Origin: an uncultured Candidatus Rokubacteria bacterium
Lineage (GTDB): Bacteria > Methylomirabilota > Methylomirabilia > Rokubacteriales > CSP1-6
Reading direction: 5' to 3'
NCBI GenBank assembly: GCA_963758635.1
Contig: CAVWWD010000008.1
Span: forward strand, 160,001 to 224,000
Length of the DNA: 64,000 nt
Each line of letters begins with the position of its first letter. The first letter of the stretch is position 1. Shown piece by piece: positions 42,001 through 51,935 of the stretch. The translations under genes were made by a program, and so were the position numbers. Under the pieces are notes generated by a model. That model searched no databases. It saw only the letters and a list, made by a program, of their open reading frames with translations, and was not told the origin of the DNA.

Positions 42001-43178
42001 CGCGCAGTTCGTCAGGCTCCAGGCCATGCCGCTGACGCCGAACGGCAAGGTGGACCGCGCCGCGCTGCCCGCGCCCTCCCGCTCCTGGCTCGAGACCGGC
42101 GAGCCGTTCGTGGCCCCGCGTGACGAGCTGGAGGCGGGCCTCGCCGGTATCTGGGCGAGCGTCCTCGGCGTGGACCGCGTCGGGGTGACGCAGAGCTTCT
42201 TCGATCTGGGTCGGGCATTCCCTCACCGCCGTGCGCCTTGCCGCGCGGGTCGAGCGGGAGCTCGGGCATCGTCTCGACCTCGCGAGCCTGTTCCAGGCGC
42301 CTACCGTGGAGCAGCAGGCCGCGCTCCTGCGCGGCGAGGTCGGGTCGCGCCGCCGCGGCGCGCTCGTCGCCATCCAGCCGCGCGGGTCCGACCCGCCGCT
42401 CTACTGCGTGCCGGGCCACGCGGGAACCGTGCTCTGCTTCGAGGAGCTTGCCCGCCGCCTGGCGCCTGACCAGCCGCTGTACGGGCTCGAGCCGCGCGGA
42501 CTCGGCGACGGCCTGGCGCCGCGCGCGCGCGTGGAGGACACCGCCGCCGACTACGTCCGCGAGCTGCGCGCGTTCCAGCCGCGCGGTCCGTACTTCGTGG
42601 CCGGCTTCTGCTTCGGCGGGCTGGTGGCGTTCGAGATGGCCCACCAGCTCCTGGCCGTCGGCGAGCAGGTGGCGCTGCTTGCGCTGTTCGACGCGAGGGG
42701 ACGGGGCGTCGCGTCCGCCAGCCGCGGGCACCTCGTCGAGCGTGCCCTGGGACGCGCAGGACGCCGGATCGTCGTGGAGCACGCCAACCTTCGGCGGCTC
42801 CCCATGCGATCCCGGCTCGCCTACTTCCAGGCCCAGGGCCACCGGATCCTCGGCCGGATGAGGATGCGTCTGCACCGGCCCGGCGTGGCCGCCGACGTCG
42901 ACGCCGGGATCGCCACGCTGGCTCGAGCACAGGCGGCGGCGGCGCGCGCGTACACCGCCCGACCGTATCCCGCGCCCGTCGTGCTCTTCATGGCCCAGCG
43001 GCCCTACACAACCCACTACGTGGACCCGCACTTCGGCTGGAGAGACCTGGTCACCGGCCGCCTGGACGTGCGGCTGGTCCCGATCGGGGAGGGTACGGTC
43101 ATTCAGCACCCGGAGGGAGCGCGCGTCGTCGCGGCCGATCTGGCCGAGCGGATCCGTCAGGCGTCGACGGCCGTCTGA
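39056..43178 (+). CDS. NRPS 3: C-A(Lys2/aminoadipate-type)-T-TE (about five frameshifts)
   Basis: LSFAQERFW; HHIVGDA; FTSGSTGQPKG; LAHDPIQRDVFTPL; NYYGATETQRA; T domain; TE GFCFGG, pieced from ORFs 38954, 39313, 39912, 41488, 41657 and 42231. Confidence 0.88.
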
Positions 43179-43185
43179 CCGCCGC

Positions 43186-43270
43186 TAATGATCCTCGCAG
43201 AATACGGTAACCGCCACGGGCCTCTACAATCCCACCGCTCGGCATTAGTCTGATGCGCGGGGCTCACTAG
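43186..43270. repeat. 85-bp direct repeat, copy 1 (MITE-like, imperfect terminal inverted repeats)
   Basis: Matches 48546-48630 at 78 of 85 positions; left end CTAATGATCCTCGC, right end GCGGGGCTCACTAG. Confidence 0.85.
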
Positions 43271-43447
43271 ACGGCTCCCGTCCAAACGGGAAAACACTTC
43301 CCATCCAGGTCAAGACCGTGGACACTCGTGTGGAGGCCGCCGGTCGAGCCTTCCAGCCAGGTCCCTGAATCTAGAGGCAAAGGTCGGTTGGCATCGGATT
43401 TCCATGCGCTCAGGCGGACGGAGACCGATGAGCCATGTCGAAACCCC

Positions 43448-46400
43448 ATGTCAGGTGAGCGAGCCGAGGGCAGCACGGGGCCGGGGCTGCCAACGGCCGA
43501 TCCCGGGGTCGAGCTGTGGGATGTCGACCACTCGATCGCGGACGCCGTGGCTCATCGTGCCGCGCTCGGTCCTGACACGGTGGCGATCGGCGGCCCCGAC
43601 GGACCGCGGCTGACGTTCGGGGCGCTGGCTCGCGAGATCGATGGCCTCCGCCTGACGCTCCGACGACTCGGCATCGGTCCTGGCGATCGGATCGCCATCG
43701 TCCTTCCGCCCGGCCCCGAGCTCGCAGTCGCCCTGACGGGCGTGGCGTGCGCGGCCGTCGCCGCGCCGCTCGATCCATCGCTTCGTTCCCCCGAGTATCG
43801 CGGCCGGTTCGAGCATCTGAGGCCGAAAGCGATCCTGGTGTCCGCGGCGACGGGCGAAGCCGCGCCGGCGGTCGCCGCGGCCGAGGGTGTACCGCTCATC
43901 GTGATGACGGAAGGCCTCGCGAGCGGCCAGCTCGCGCTTCGCCCGGCGGGCGCTCCGATCCGCGCCGAGACGGAGGGCGGCGCGGCTGGTCCGAGCCTCA
44001 CCGGAGTGATGCTCGCGAACGTCGGGCACCACATCGCGCCCGAAGCTCGTCCACCTCACGCACGCCAACCTCCTGACCTCGGCGCGTTCGATGGCCGAGT
44101 CGCTCGGCCTCGACGCTTCCGATCACTGCCTGGACATGATGCCGCTGCACCACGTCCATGGGCTCATGGCGCTGCTGTCCTCGCTGGTCGCCGGATCACG
44201 CGTGAGTGTCACGCCCGGGTTCGACGCCGCCCGGGTGCTCGACTGGCTTCAGGAGCTCGCGCCGACCTGGTACACGGCGGCGCCGCCCATCCATCGGGCC
44301 ATCGCGGCCCAGCTCCGCCAGCAGCCCCGAGCCCTCCGGGGCGCGCGGTTGCGCTTCGTCCGGTCGTCGTCGGCAGCCCTGCCGCGCGACGTCGCTCTCG
44401 AGCTCGAGGACATCCTCGGGGTGCCCGTGCTGGAGGCGTACGGCATGACGGAGGCGGCGCACCAGATCGCCAGCAATCCCCTTCCGCCGGGACAGCGCAA
44501 GGCAGGATCGGTGGGCCTTCCCACGGGCACGGACGTGATGATCGCCGGGGCCGACGGGGCGCCGCTGCCACGGGGGGCCGTCGGCCAGATCGCCATCCGC
44601 GGAGGCGGCGTGACGGCGGGCTACGTCGACGGCGCCGAGGACGAGGTCGCCGTGTTCCGGGACGGCTGGTTTCTCACCGGGGACCTCGGGTGGCAGGACG
44701 CCGAGGGCTATCTCTTCGTCACGGGCCGGGTAAAGGAGATGGTCAATCGCGGTGGCGAGAAGGTCGCCCCCGCCGAGGTCGAGGAAGCCCTGTGTGAACA
44801 CCCCGCGGTCATGGAGGCGGCGGCCTTCCCCGTCCCGCATCACACCCTCGGCGAGACCGTGGGCGCCGCGGTGGTCCTCCGCCCCGACGACGCGTCCGAA
44901 CCCGGGCCGCAGGATCTCCGCGTCTTCGTCGCCGCGCGACTGGCCGACTTCAAGGTGCCGAGCCACGTGTGGATCGTCGACGAGATCCCGCGGACGTCGA
45001 CGGGTAAACCGCGCCGCGCCGTGCTCGCCGCGCGCCTCGGAGCGGAGCGGCGCCCGGACAGCTCGGGGCTCGACGCGGCACGCCCCAACGACGCGCCGCG
45101 GTCGCGCGCCGAGGACGTGGTGGCCGCCGTGTGGGGCGAGGTCCTCGAGTGCGACGGGATCGGTCGCAGCGCGAATCTCTTCGACCTCGGTGGCGACTCG
45201 ATCCACGCGGGCATGATCGCGTCGCGCCTCGCGGTCGCCCTCGGGGTGCGCGTCTCGATCTCCGAGGTCCTGACGGCGTCGACCGTCGTCCTTCTCGCGC
45301 AGCTCATCGAGGACCGGCTGCCGGACCTCGGTGCCGTCACCGGGCCGCTCGTGGTCCGCGCGGACCGCGCGCCGGGGACCCGCTGTCCTCTCTCACTGGC
45401 GCAGGAGCCCGTGTGGATGCTCCAGCAGGTGGAGCCGGGGCTGGTCGCCTACAACGTCCCGCGTGCCATCCGGTTGCGCGGCGACCTCGACGTGGCGGCC
45501 ATGCGCGGCGCGCTCGACGCCCTGGTCGTCCGGCACGAGGCGCTTCGAACGACCTTCCACGCGAATGGCGCCGAGCCGGTGCAGGTGATCGAAGCGGCCA
45601 GACGGCTCCCGCTGCCAGTGGTCGACCTCGGCGACCTCGAGGAGGCGCCGCGGGCGTTGCAGCTCCCGGCGCTAATGGCTGCGGAGGCGCGCCGGCCGTT
45701 CGACCTGACCGTCGATCCCATGCTTCGCCCGCTGCTCCTCCGGCTCGCTGCGGACGATCACGTGCTGCTCATGACGATCCACCATCTGGCCTGCGACGGC
45801 TGGTCGGCCGGCGTGCTGACGCGCGACCTGTCGGCGCTCTACGGTGCCGTCCTCGAGGGCCGGCCCGCTGGCCTGCCCGAGCTTTCCATCCAGCCCGCCG
45901 ACTTCGATCGCTGGCAGCGGGAGCGGCTCCACGGCGGCCTGCTGGAGGCGCAGCTCCCGTACTGGCGGGCGAAGCTCGTCGGGGCGCCGCCCGCCCTCGA
46001 CCTGTCGATCGCGCGTGCCCGCCCGCCGGTTCAGAGCTTCCGGGGGGCGCGACGGGCCGTCACCGTGCCGCGCCGGCTCGTCGATGCGCTCAGGGGGCTG
46101 GGCCAGGGCGAGGAAGCGACGCTGTTCATGACGCTGCTCGCCGCCTTCAAGGTGCTGCTATCGCGATACAGCGGACAGGAGGATGTCGTGGTCGGCACGG
46201 CCACGGCTGGCCGCGTCCTCGTGGAGACGGAGCCCCTGATCGGGCTCTTCGCGGACACCCTGGCCCTGCGCACCGACCTCTCCGGGGATCCGACGTTTCG
46301 GGAGCTCCTCGGCCGGGTGCGGGAGACGTGCCTGGGCGCCTACGCGCGCCAGAGCGTTCCGTTCGGGAAACTCCTGGAGGCGCTGCGGCCGCCGCGCGAT

Positions 46401-48548
46401 CCTGCCCGCTCCCCGCTCTACCAGACGATGCTCGTCCTGCAGAACGCGCCCCAGCGCGTCCCCGCCATGCCGGGGCTCAGCGTGAGCGCGCAGCCCGTCA
46501 ACGTCGGAGCCGCGAAGCTGGACCTGGTTCTCGACCTTCAGGAGGGCGACGACGGGCTCCACGGCACCATCGAGTACTGCACGGACCTGTTCGACCCTGC
46601 GGCGATCACCCGGCTCGCCGGCCACCTCGAGGTCCTCCTGACGGGCATCGTGGCGGACCCGGACAGCCGGATCTCGGCCCTGCCGCTGCTGACCGAGGGC
46701 GAATGGACGCAGGTCGCGGTGGAATGGAACGGGACCGCGCCCGCCGCCGCCAGCGGCCCCTGTCTCCACGAGCTCTTCGAGAGCCAGGTCGACCTCACCC
46801 CCCATGCCGTCGCGCTGCTCGAGGCGGGGAGTCCGACGACCTACGCCGAGCTGGATCGCCGGGCCAACCAGATCGCGCACGCGCTGTCGCGCGGCGGCGT
46901 CGGTGCGGAGTCCCGCGTGGGGGTGCTCCTCGACCGCGGCGTCGAGGCGGTGGTCGCGATGCTGGCGACCCTGAAGGCGGGCGGCGCCTACGTGCCGATG
47001 GATCCGACCTATCCGCCCGAGCGGCTGGCGCTGATGCTGTCCGATGCTCGGCCCGACGTCGTGGTCACCCGGCGGTGCTGGCGGCCGCTGCTCTCGGCGG
47101 ATCGGCCGCCCGTGCTTTGCCTGGACGGCGACGCCGCGCGGATCGGCCAGGAGCCGTCGAGCCGGCTTCAGACCGTGGTCAGCGACGAGCTGCCCGCCTA
47201 CGTGATCTACACGTCCGGGTCGACGGGGCGGCCGAAGGGCGTCGTCGGGCAGCATCGGGGCATGACGAGCCTTCTCCGGCACCTGGGGGAGGCCTACCCG
47301 TTCGAGCCTGGCGAGGTCCTCTGCCAGAAGACGGCGCTGAGCTTCGTCGATTCCGTGTGGGAGGTGTTCTGGCCGCTTCTGCGGGGGGTGCCGAGCGAGA
47401 TCCTTCCGGAGGGCGACGTCCGAGAGCCGGTTCGGCTCGTCGAGCGGCTGGCCGCCGCGAGAGTCACGCGCATCGTGCTGGTGCCCTCGCTGCTCTCCAT
47501 CCTGCTCGATGAGGTCGAGGACCTTGCGGGACGCCTGCCGCGGTTGATGCTCTGGATGGTGGGGGGCGAAGAGCTCTCGCGCGACCTCGCCGCCCGCTTC
47601 GTCGCGGCGATGCCGGGCCGGTGCCTCGTGAACCAGTACGGGGCCTCGGAGGCCTCCGCGGTGAGTGCGCTCTGGGAGGTGGCGTCGCCCCTTCCCGAGG
47701 GCCGCGTCCCCATCGGCCGCCCGACACGCGGCACCCGCACGTACGTCCTCGACCGGGGCGGACAGCTCGTGCCGGTGGGCGTGGAGGGCGAGCTGCACGT
47801 CGGGGGCGTGGGCCTCGCGCGCGGGTACTGGGCGCAGCCAGGGCTGACGGCCGAGCGGTTCGTTCCCGATCGGGTGAGCGGGGTGCCGGGTGCGCGTCTC
47901 TATCGCATGGGCGATCGGGCGCGATACCGCGCGGACGGGGCGATCGAGTACCTCGGACGCCAGGACCAGCAGGTGAAGGTGCGCGGCTACCGGATCGAGC
48001 TGGGGGAGATCGACGCCGCGCTGCGCAGACACGCCGGGGTGCGCGAGGCGGCCACCGTCGTTCGCGCGGGTGCCGCCGGTGGCGCCCGGCTGGTCGCTCA
48101 CGTCGCGTGGGACGGTCCGCGTGGGTCGGTGGCGGAGCTGCGCGCCGGACTTCAGCGGGCCTTGCCCGCCTACATGCTGCCCGCGGCCATCGTGGAGGTG
48201 GACGCGCTGCCTCTCACGCCGAGCGGCAAGGTGGACCGGCGCGCGCTGCCGGAGCCGGCGACCGTGATCGAGCAGTCAGGGGAGTTCGTCCCACCCGATA
48301 CCGCCGTCGAACGCCGCATCGCCGGGATCTGGGAGGAGCTGCTCGAGGTCCGTCCGGTCGGCCGGACCGACAACTTCTTCGAGCTCGGGGGGCATTCCAT
48401 CGTCGCCGTGCGCCTGATCAGCCGGTTGCGTGAGGTGTTCGGGATCTCGCTACGGCTGCGGACCGTCTTCGACGGGCCGACGGTGGGGGAGCTCGCCGCC
48501 CACGTCCCCGGGGGACAGGCACCCTCCGGAGGCGAGTCCCGCGCGTAG
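43448..48548 (+). CDS. NRPS 4: acyl-CoA-ligase-like A-T-C-A-T (frameshift near 44010-44030)
   Basis: PLHHVHGL, LRFVRSSSA, EAYGMTEAAHQIASNPLPP; GGDSI; HHLACDG; SFVDSVWE; GGHSI. Confidence 0.92.
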
Positions 48549-48630
48549 TGACCCTCGAAGAATGCGGTAACCGCCACGGGCCTCTACAGTCCCACCGCTC
48601 GGCGTTAGTCTGATGCGCGGGGCTCATTAG
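48546..48630. repeat. 85-bp direct repeat, copy 2
   Basis: Begins at the NRPS 4 stop codon; near-identical to 43186-43270. Confidence 0.85.
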
Positions 48631-48638
48631 TCGCGCCC

Positions 48639-49358
48639 GTGTGGGTCCTCCCCGCCGACGAGGTCCACGTCTGGAAGGCTGATCTCGAGCCTTCCGCCGC
48701 GCAGGTGCAGTGCTTCGTCGAGATCCTCAGCCCCGACGAGCGCGCGCGCGCCGCGCGCTTCCACTTCGCGAGGGACCGTGACCGGTGGACGGTGGCCCGG
48801 GGCCAGCTGCGCGCGCTGCTCGCCCGGTACCTGGGGGGGCTGCCCGACCAGTTCCGGTTCTCGCTCGGTCCGCACGGAAAGCCCGCCCTCGCGGCGCCCG
48901 CTGGCACGCATCTCAGGTTCAACCTTTCCCATTCGGCCGGGCTCGCCCTCTACGCGGTCGCGCGAGGGCGCGAGGTCGGCGTGGACGTGGAGGCGCTGCG
49001 TCCCGACTTCGCCACCGACGAGATCGCCGAGCGCTTCTTCTCGCCGACGGAGCGCCGGGCCCTGCGCGCGGTGCCGCCCGAGCGTCGCTGCGAGGCGTTC
49101 TTCGCGTGCTGGACGCGGAAGGAGGCGTACATCAAGGCGCGTGGGCTCGGGCTGGCGATCCCGCTCGACGCCTTCGACGTGTCGCTGGCTCCGGACGAGC
49201 CGGCCGCCCTCCTCGCCACGCGCGACGAGCCCGGGGAGTCCGTGCGCTGGTCGCTCGAGGCGCTCGCTCCCGGTCCCGGCTTCGCCGGCGCCGTCGTGGC
49301 CGAGGGGCACGGGTGGCGCGTGTCCTGCCTCGGGGAGCTCGGGGATGACAACGGGTAG
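48639..49358 (+). CDS. Sfp-type 4'-phosphopantetheinyl transferase
   Basis: GKP, FNLSHS, VGVDVE, WTRKEAYIKARGLGL. Confidence 0.95.
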   Translation: MWVLPADEVHVWKADLEPSAAQVQCFVEILSPDERARAARFHFARDRDRWTVARGQLRALLARYLGGLPDQFRFSLGPHGKPALAAPAGTHLRFNLSHSAGLALYAVARGREVGVDVEALRPDFATDEIAERFFSPTERRALRAVPPERRCEAFFACWTRKEAYIKARGLGLAIPLDAFDVSLAPDEPAALLATRDEPGESVRWSLEALAPGPGFAGAVVAEGHGWRVSCLGELGDDNG

Positions 49359-49422
49359 AGGACGTTCTGTGCGCGGGACGGGGAGCGTGATCGATCCACG
49401 GCGGGCTGGTACACTCGATCGC

Positions 49423-49815
49423 ATGACGAAGACGCTCGTGGGCGTGCTCGCCGGTCTCGCCCTCGCCTCGTCGATTGGGCTTCCTGCCGCCGAGGTCGCG
49501 GCCCAGCACTTCGGGCAGCGGCAGGAGGACCACCTGTTCCGGATCGTGTCCACGCCCGGGCAAGGACGGGGGGGCCGGCCCATCGTCGGCGGGTACGTCT
49601 ACAACGACTACGGCAGCGTTGCCGCGGGCGTGCGCGTGGTGGTCGAGCAGCTCGATGCCGCGGGCCAGGTGACGACGTCCAACGGCACGTTCGTGGGCAC
49701 GGTGCCCAACATGAGTCGGACCTACTTCGAGGTTCCGTTGACGTTGGCGCCCGGCACGTACCGCGTCCGCATCACCGCCTACGAGTGGGTCCAGAGCGGG
49801 GGCGACTTCAATTAA
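49423..49815 (+). CDS. exported Ig-like (FxLYD-like) protein
   Basis: Signal peptide; GYVYND...VRVVVEQLDAAGQV..GTVP..RTYFEV. Confidence 0.65.
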   Translation: MTKTLVGVLAGLALASSIGLPAAEVAAQHFGQRQEDHLFRIVSTPGQGRGGRPIVGGYVYNDYGSVAAGVRVVVEQLDAAGQVTTSNGTFVGTVPNMSRTYFEVPLTLAPGTYRVRITAYEWVQSGGDFN

Positions 49816-49818
49816 CTC

Positions 49819-49921
49819 TCGGAGGGGGCTGCGCCCCCCTTCCGACGGTCGTCGCGCGCCTGACGGCGCGCTCCTCCCTGCCTCCCCCCAACGACAGGTT
49901 GCGCGGGCGAAGCCCGCGCTC
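49819..49921. repeat. multi-hairpin intergenic element between convergent genes
   Basis: Stems CGGAGGGGGC/GCCCCCCTTCCG, GCGCGCC-TGAC-GGCGCGC and GCGCGGGC-GAA-GCCCGCGC. Confidence 0.6.
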
Positions 49922-49967
49922 GAACGGCGTCCCTCCTGCGCTTGTCGTGCGCGCTTGCGGGGAAGCG

Positions 49968-50723
49968 TCAGTCCTGGTCGAGCAGCATCCGGCGGTAGGC
50001 TTCGGCGGCGGCGATCTTCTTCTTCGCGCCCTGCTCCCGGGCCCACATCGTGATCATCTCCGTCGGGTCCCACGTGCCCATCTGGCTCCGGTGCGCCTTG
50101 AGCGCGGCGAGCTTCACGTCGAGCACCTCCCCGATGTCGATGAACGTGTCGGGCCGCTCGGACCCGTGGATGTAGACCTCCTTCACCTTGTGGGGGGCGA
50201 GCCCCTCCGCGAGCAGCTCCGCGAAGATGAAGCGCGTCTCCGCGGAGGGGAATATCGCGTCGAGGGTGGCGTCGGCGGCGGCGCGATGGTCGGGGTGGTT
50301 CATGTACCGGTTGCCGTAGAACCGCACGGTGGGATCGCCGCACACCACGGCGTCCGGCCGGTGCCGGCGGATCAGCCGCGTGATCTCGCGCCGGAGCGCG
50401 ATGGTGGGCTCGAGCATCCCGTCCTCGTGGCCGAGGAAGATCACCTCGGCGACGCCGAGCAGCCGGCACGCCTCCCGCTGCTCCTCCTCGCGGATCCCGA
50501 CGAGACGCTGCCGCGTCATGTCGGCCGGCGTGGAGTCGTTGGACCCCGCGCTGCCGCTGGTCAGGCACACGGTCACGACGTGGCTCCCCCCGCGCGCCCA
50601 CTTGGCGAGCGTGCCCGCCACCGTGAACTCCTGGTCGTCGGGGTGGGCGTGGACGCTCATGACGCGGGCGGGCGCAGCCGGCTCGCGGTACTCGGACGTG
50701 GGGGTCTCCTCCTCGGCGGTCAT
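49968..50723 (-). CDS. PIG-L family deacetylase
   Basis: AHPDD, REEEQREAC, HPDHRAA. Confidence 0.9.
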   Translation of the reverse strand: MTAEEETPTSEYREPAAPARVMSVHAHPDDQEFTVAGTLAKWARGGSHVVTVCLTSGSAGSNDSTPADMTRQRLVGIREEEQREACRLLGVAEVIFLGHEDGMLEPTIALRREITRLIRRHRPDAVVCGDPTVRFYGNRYMNHPDHRAAADATLDAIFPSAETRFIFAELLAEGLAPHKVKEVYIHGSERPDTFIDIGEVLDVKLAALKAHRSQMGTWDPTEMITMWAREQGAKKKIAAAEAYRRMLLDQD

Positions 50724-50739
50724 GGAGCGCTCCCGGTGC

Positions 50740-51933
50740 TCAGATCGCTCCGTCGCGTCGGAGCGTGGCGATCTCGTCGGGTGACAGCTCGAGCATCTCG
50801 CGGAGGATCGCGTCGGTGTCCTGACCGATCGGCGGCCCCGCGTGGCTGATGCGGCCCGGCGTGAGCGACAGCTTCGGCACCACGCCGGCCTGCGGCAGGC
50901 TGCCGATGGTGGGCTCCGGCACGTCGACGATCATCTGGCGCTCGCGGAAGTGGGGGTCCCCGAAGATGTCGGCCATGCTCATGATCGGCGCGTACGGCAC
51001 CTGGTGCGCCTCGAGCTCCCGCACCGCCTCGTCGAACCCGCGCGCGGCGAACCAGGCCTCGACGTACTTGAGGTACTCGGCCATGTTCGCGGAGCGCTCC
51101 GGGGTGGTGGCGAAGCGCGGATCGCGCGCCAGCTCGGGCGACCCGAGCAGCCCGCACAGGCGCTCGAAGAGGTGCTGCGCCGGCGCGGTGAAGGCGACCC
51201 AGTGGCCGTCCTTGGTCTGGTACGCGCCGCCCGGCCATCCCGCGTGCTGGACACCGCCGCGCTCGCGGACCTTACCCTGCCGGCCGTACCACGGGACCGT
51301 GTATTCCATGATGCGGAACGCCGACTCGTAGAGGGCCGCGTCGATCCACTGGCCCTGCCCGGTGGCGTCGCGATGGCGGAGCGCCACCATCACGCCGAAC
51401 GCGGTGAAGAGCCCGGTGAGGTAGTCGGGATACACGGGCGTGGGGCGCGCGGGCGGCCGGTCGGCGGGGCCGTTCACGAACCACGTGCCGCCGAACGCGG
51501 AGCCGATCGCGGCGAAGCCCGGCCCCATCCGCCGCGGCCCCGTCTGCCCGAACGCGGTGATGCGCGCCATGACGAGGCGCGGGTTGATGCGCGAGAGGTC
51601 GTCCCAGCCGAGGCCCCAGCCCTCGAGCACGCCGGGCCGGAAGTTCTCGAGCACGACATCCACCTTCGCCGCCAGCTTCCGCACGATGTCCTGGGCCGCG
51701 GGCTTGTGCAGGTCGAGCGTCATCACGCGCTTGTTGCGGTTGTCCACGGCCCACCAGTAACCGCAGCCGTCCTCGGTGGGGCCGAGGCGCCGCAGGTCGT
51801 CGCCGCGGCCGGGCATCTCGGTCTTGATCACGTCGGCGCCGAACTCGGCCATGAGCGCGCCGCAGAACGGGCCGGCCACGATCTGGGCCAGCTCGAGCAC
51901 GCGGATGCCCTCGAGCGCGCCGGGCGGGAGCAT
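50740..51933 (-). CDS. CaiB/BaiF family III CoA-transferase
   Basis: GIRVLELAQIVAGP, GADVIKTE, NRNKR, ENFRPG, FGQTGP. Confidence 0.92.
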   Translation of the reverse strand: MLPPGALEGIRVLELAQIVAGPFCGALMAEFGADVIKTEMPGRGDDLRRLGPTEDGCGYWWAVDNRNKRVMTLDLHKPAAQDIVRKLAAKVDVVLENFRPGVLEGWGLGWDDLSRINPRLVMARITAFGQTGPRRMGPGFAAIGSAFGGTWFVNGPADRPPARPTPVYPDYLTGLFTAFGVMVALRHRDATGQGQWIDAALYESAFRIMEYTVPWYGRQGKVRERGGVQHAGWPGGAYQTKDGHWVAFTAPAQHLFERLCGLLGSPELARDPRFATTPERSANMAEYLKYVEAWFAARGFDEAVRELEAHQVPYAPIMSMADIFGDPHFRERQMIVDVPEPTIGSLPQAGVVPKLSLTPGRISHAGPPIGQDTDAILREMLELSPDEIATLRRDGAI

Positions 51934-51935
51934 GC

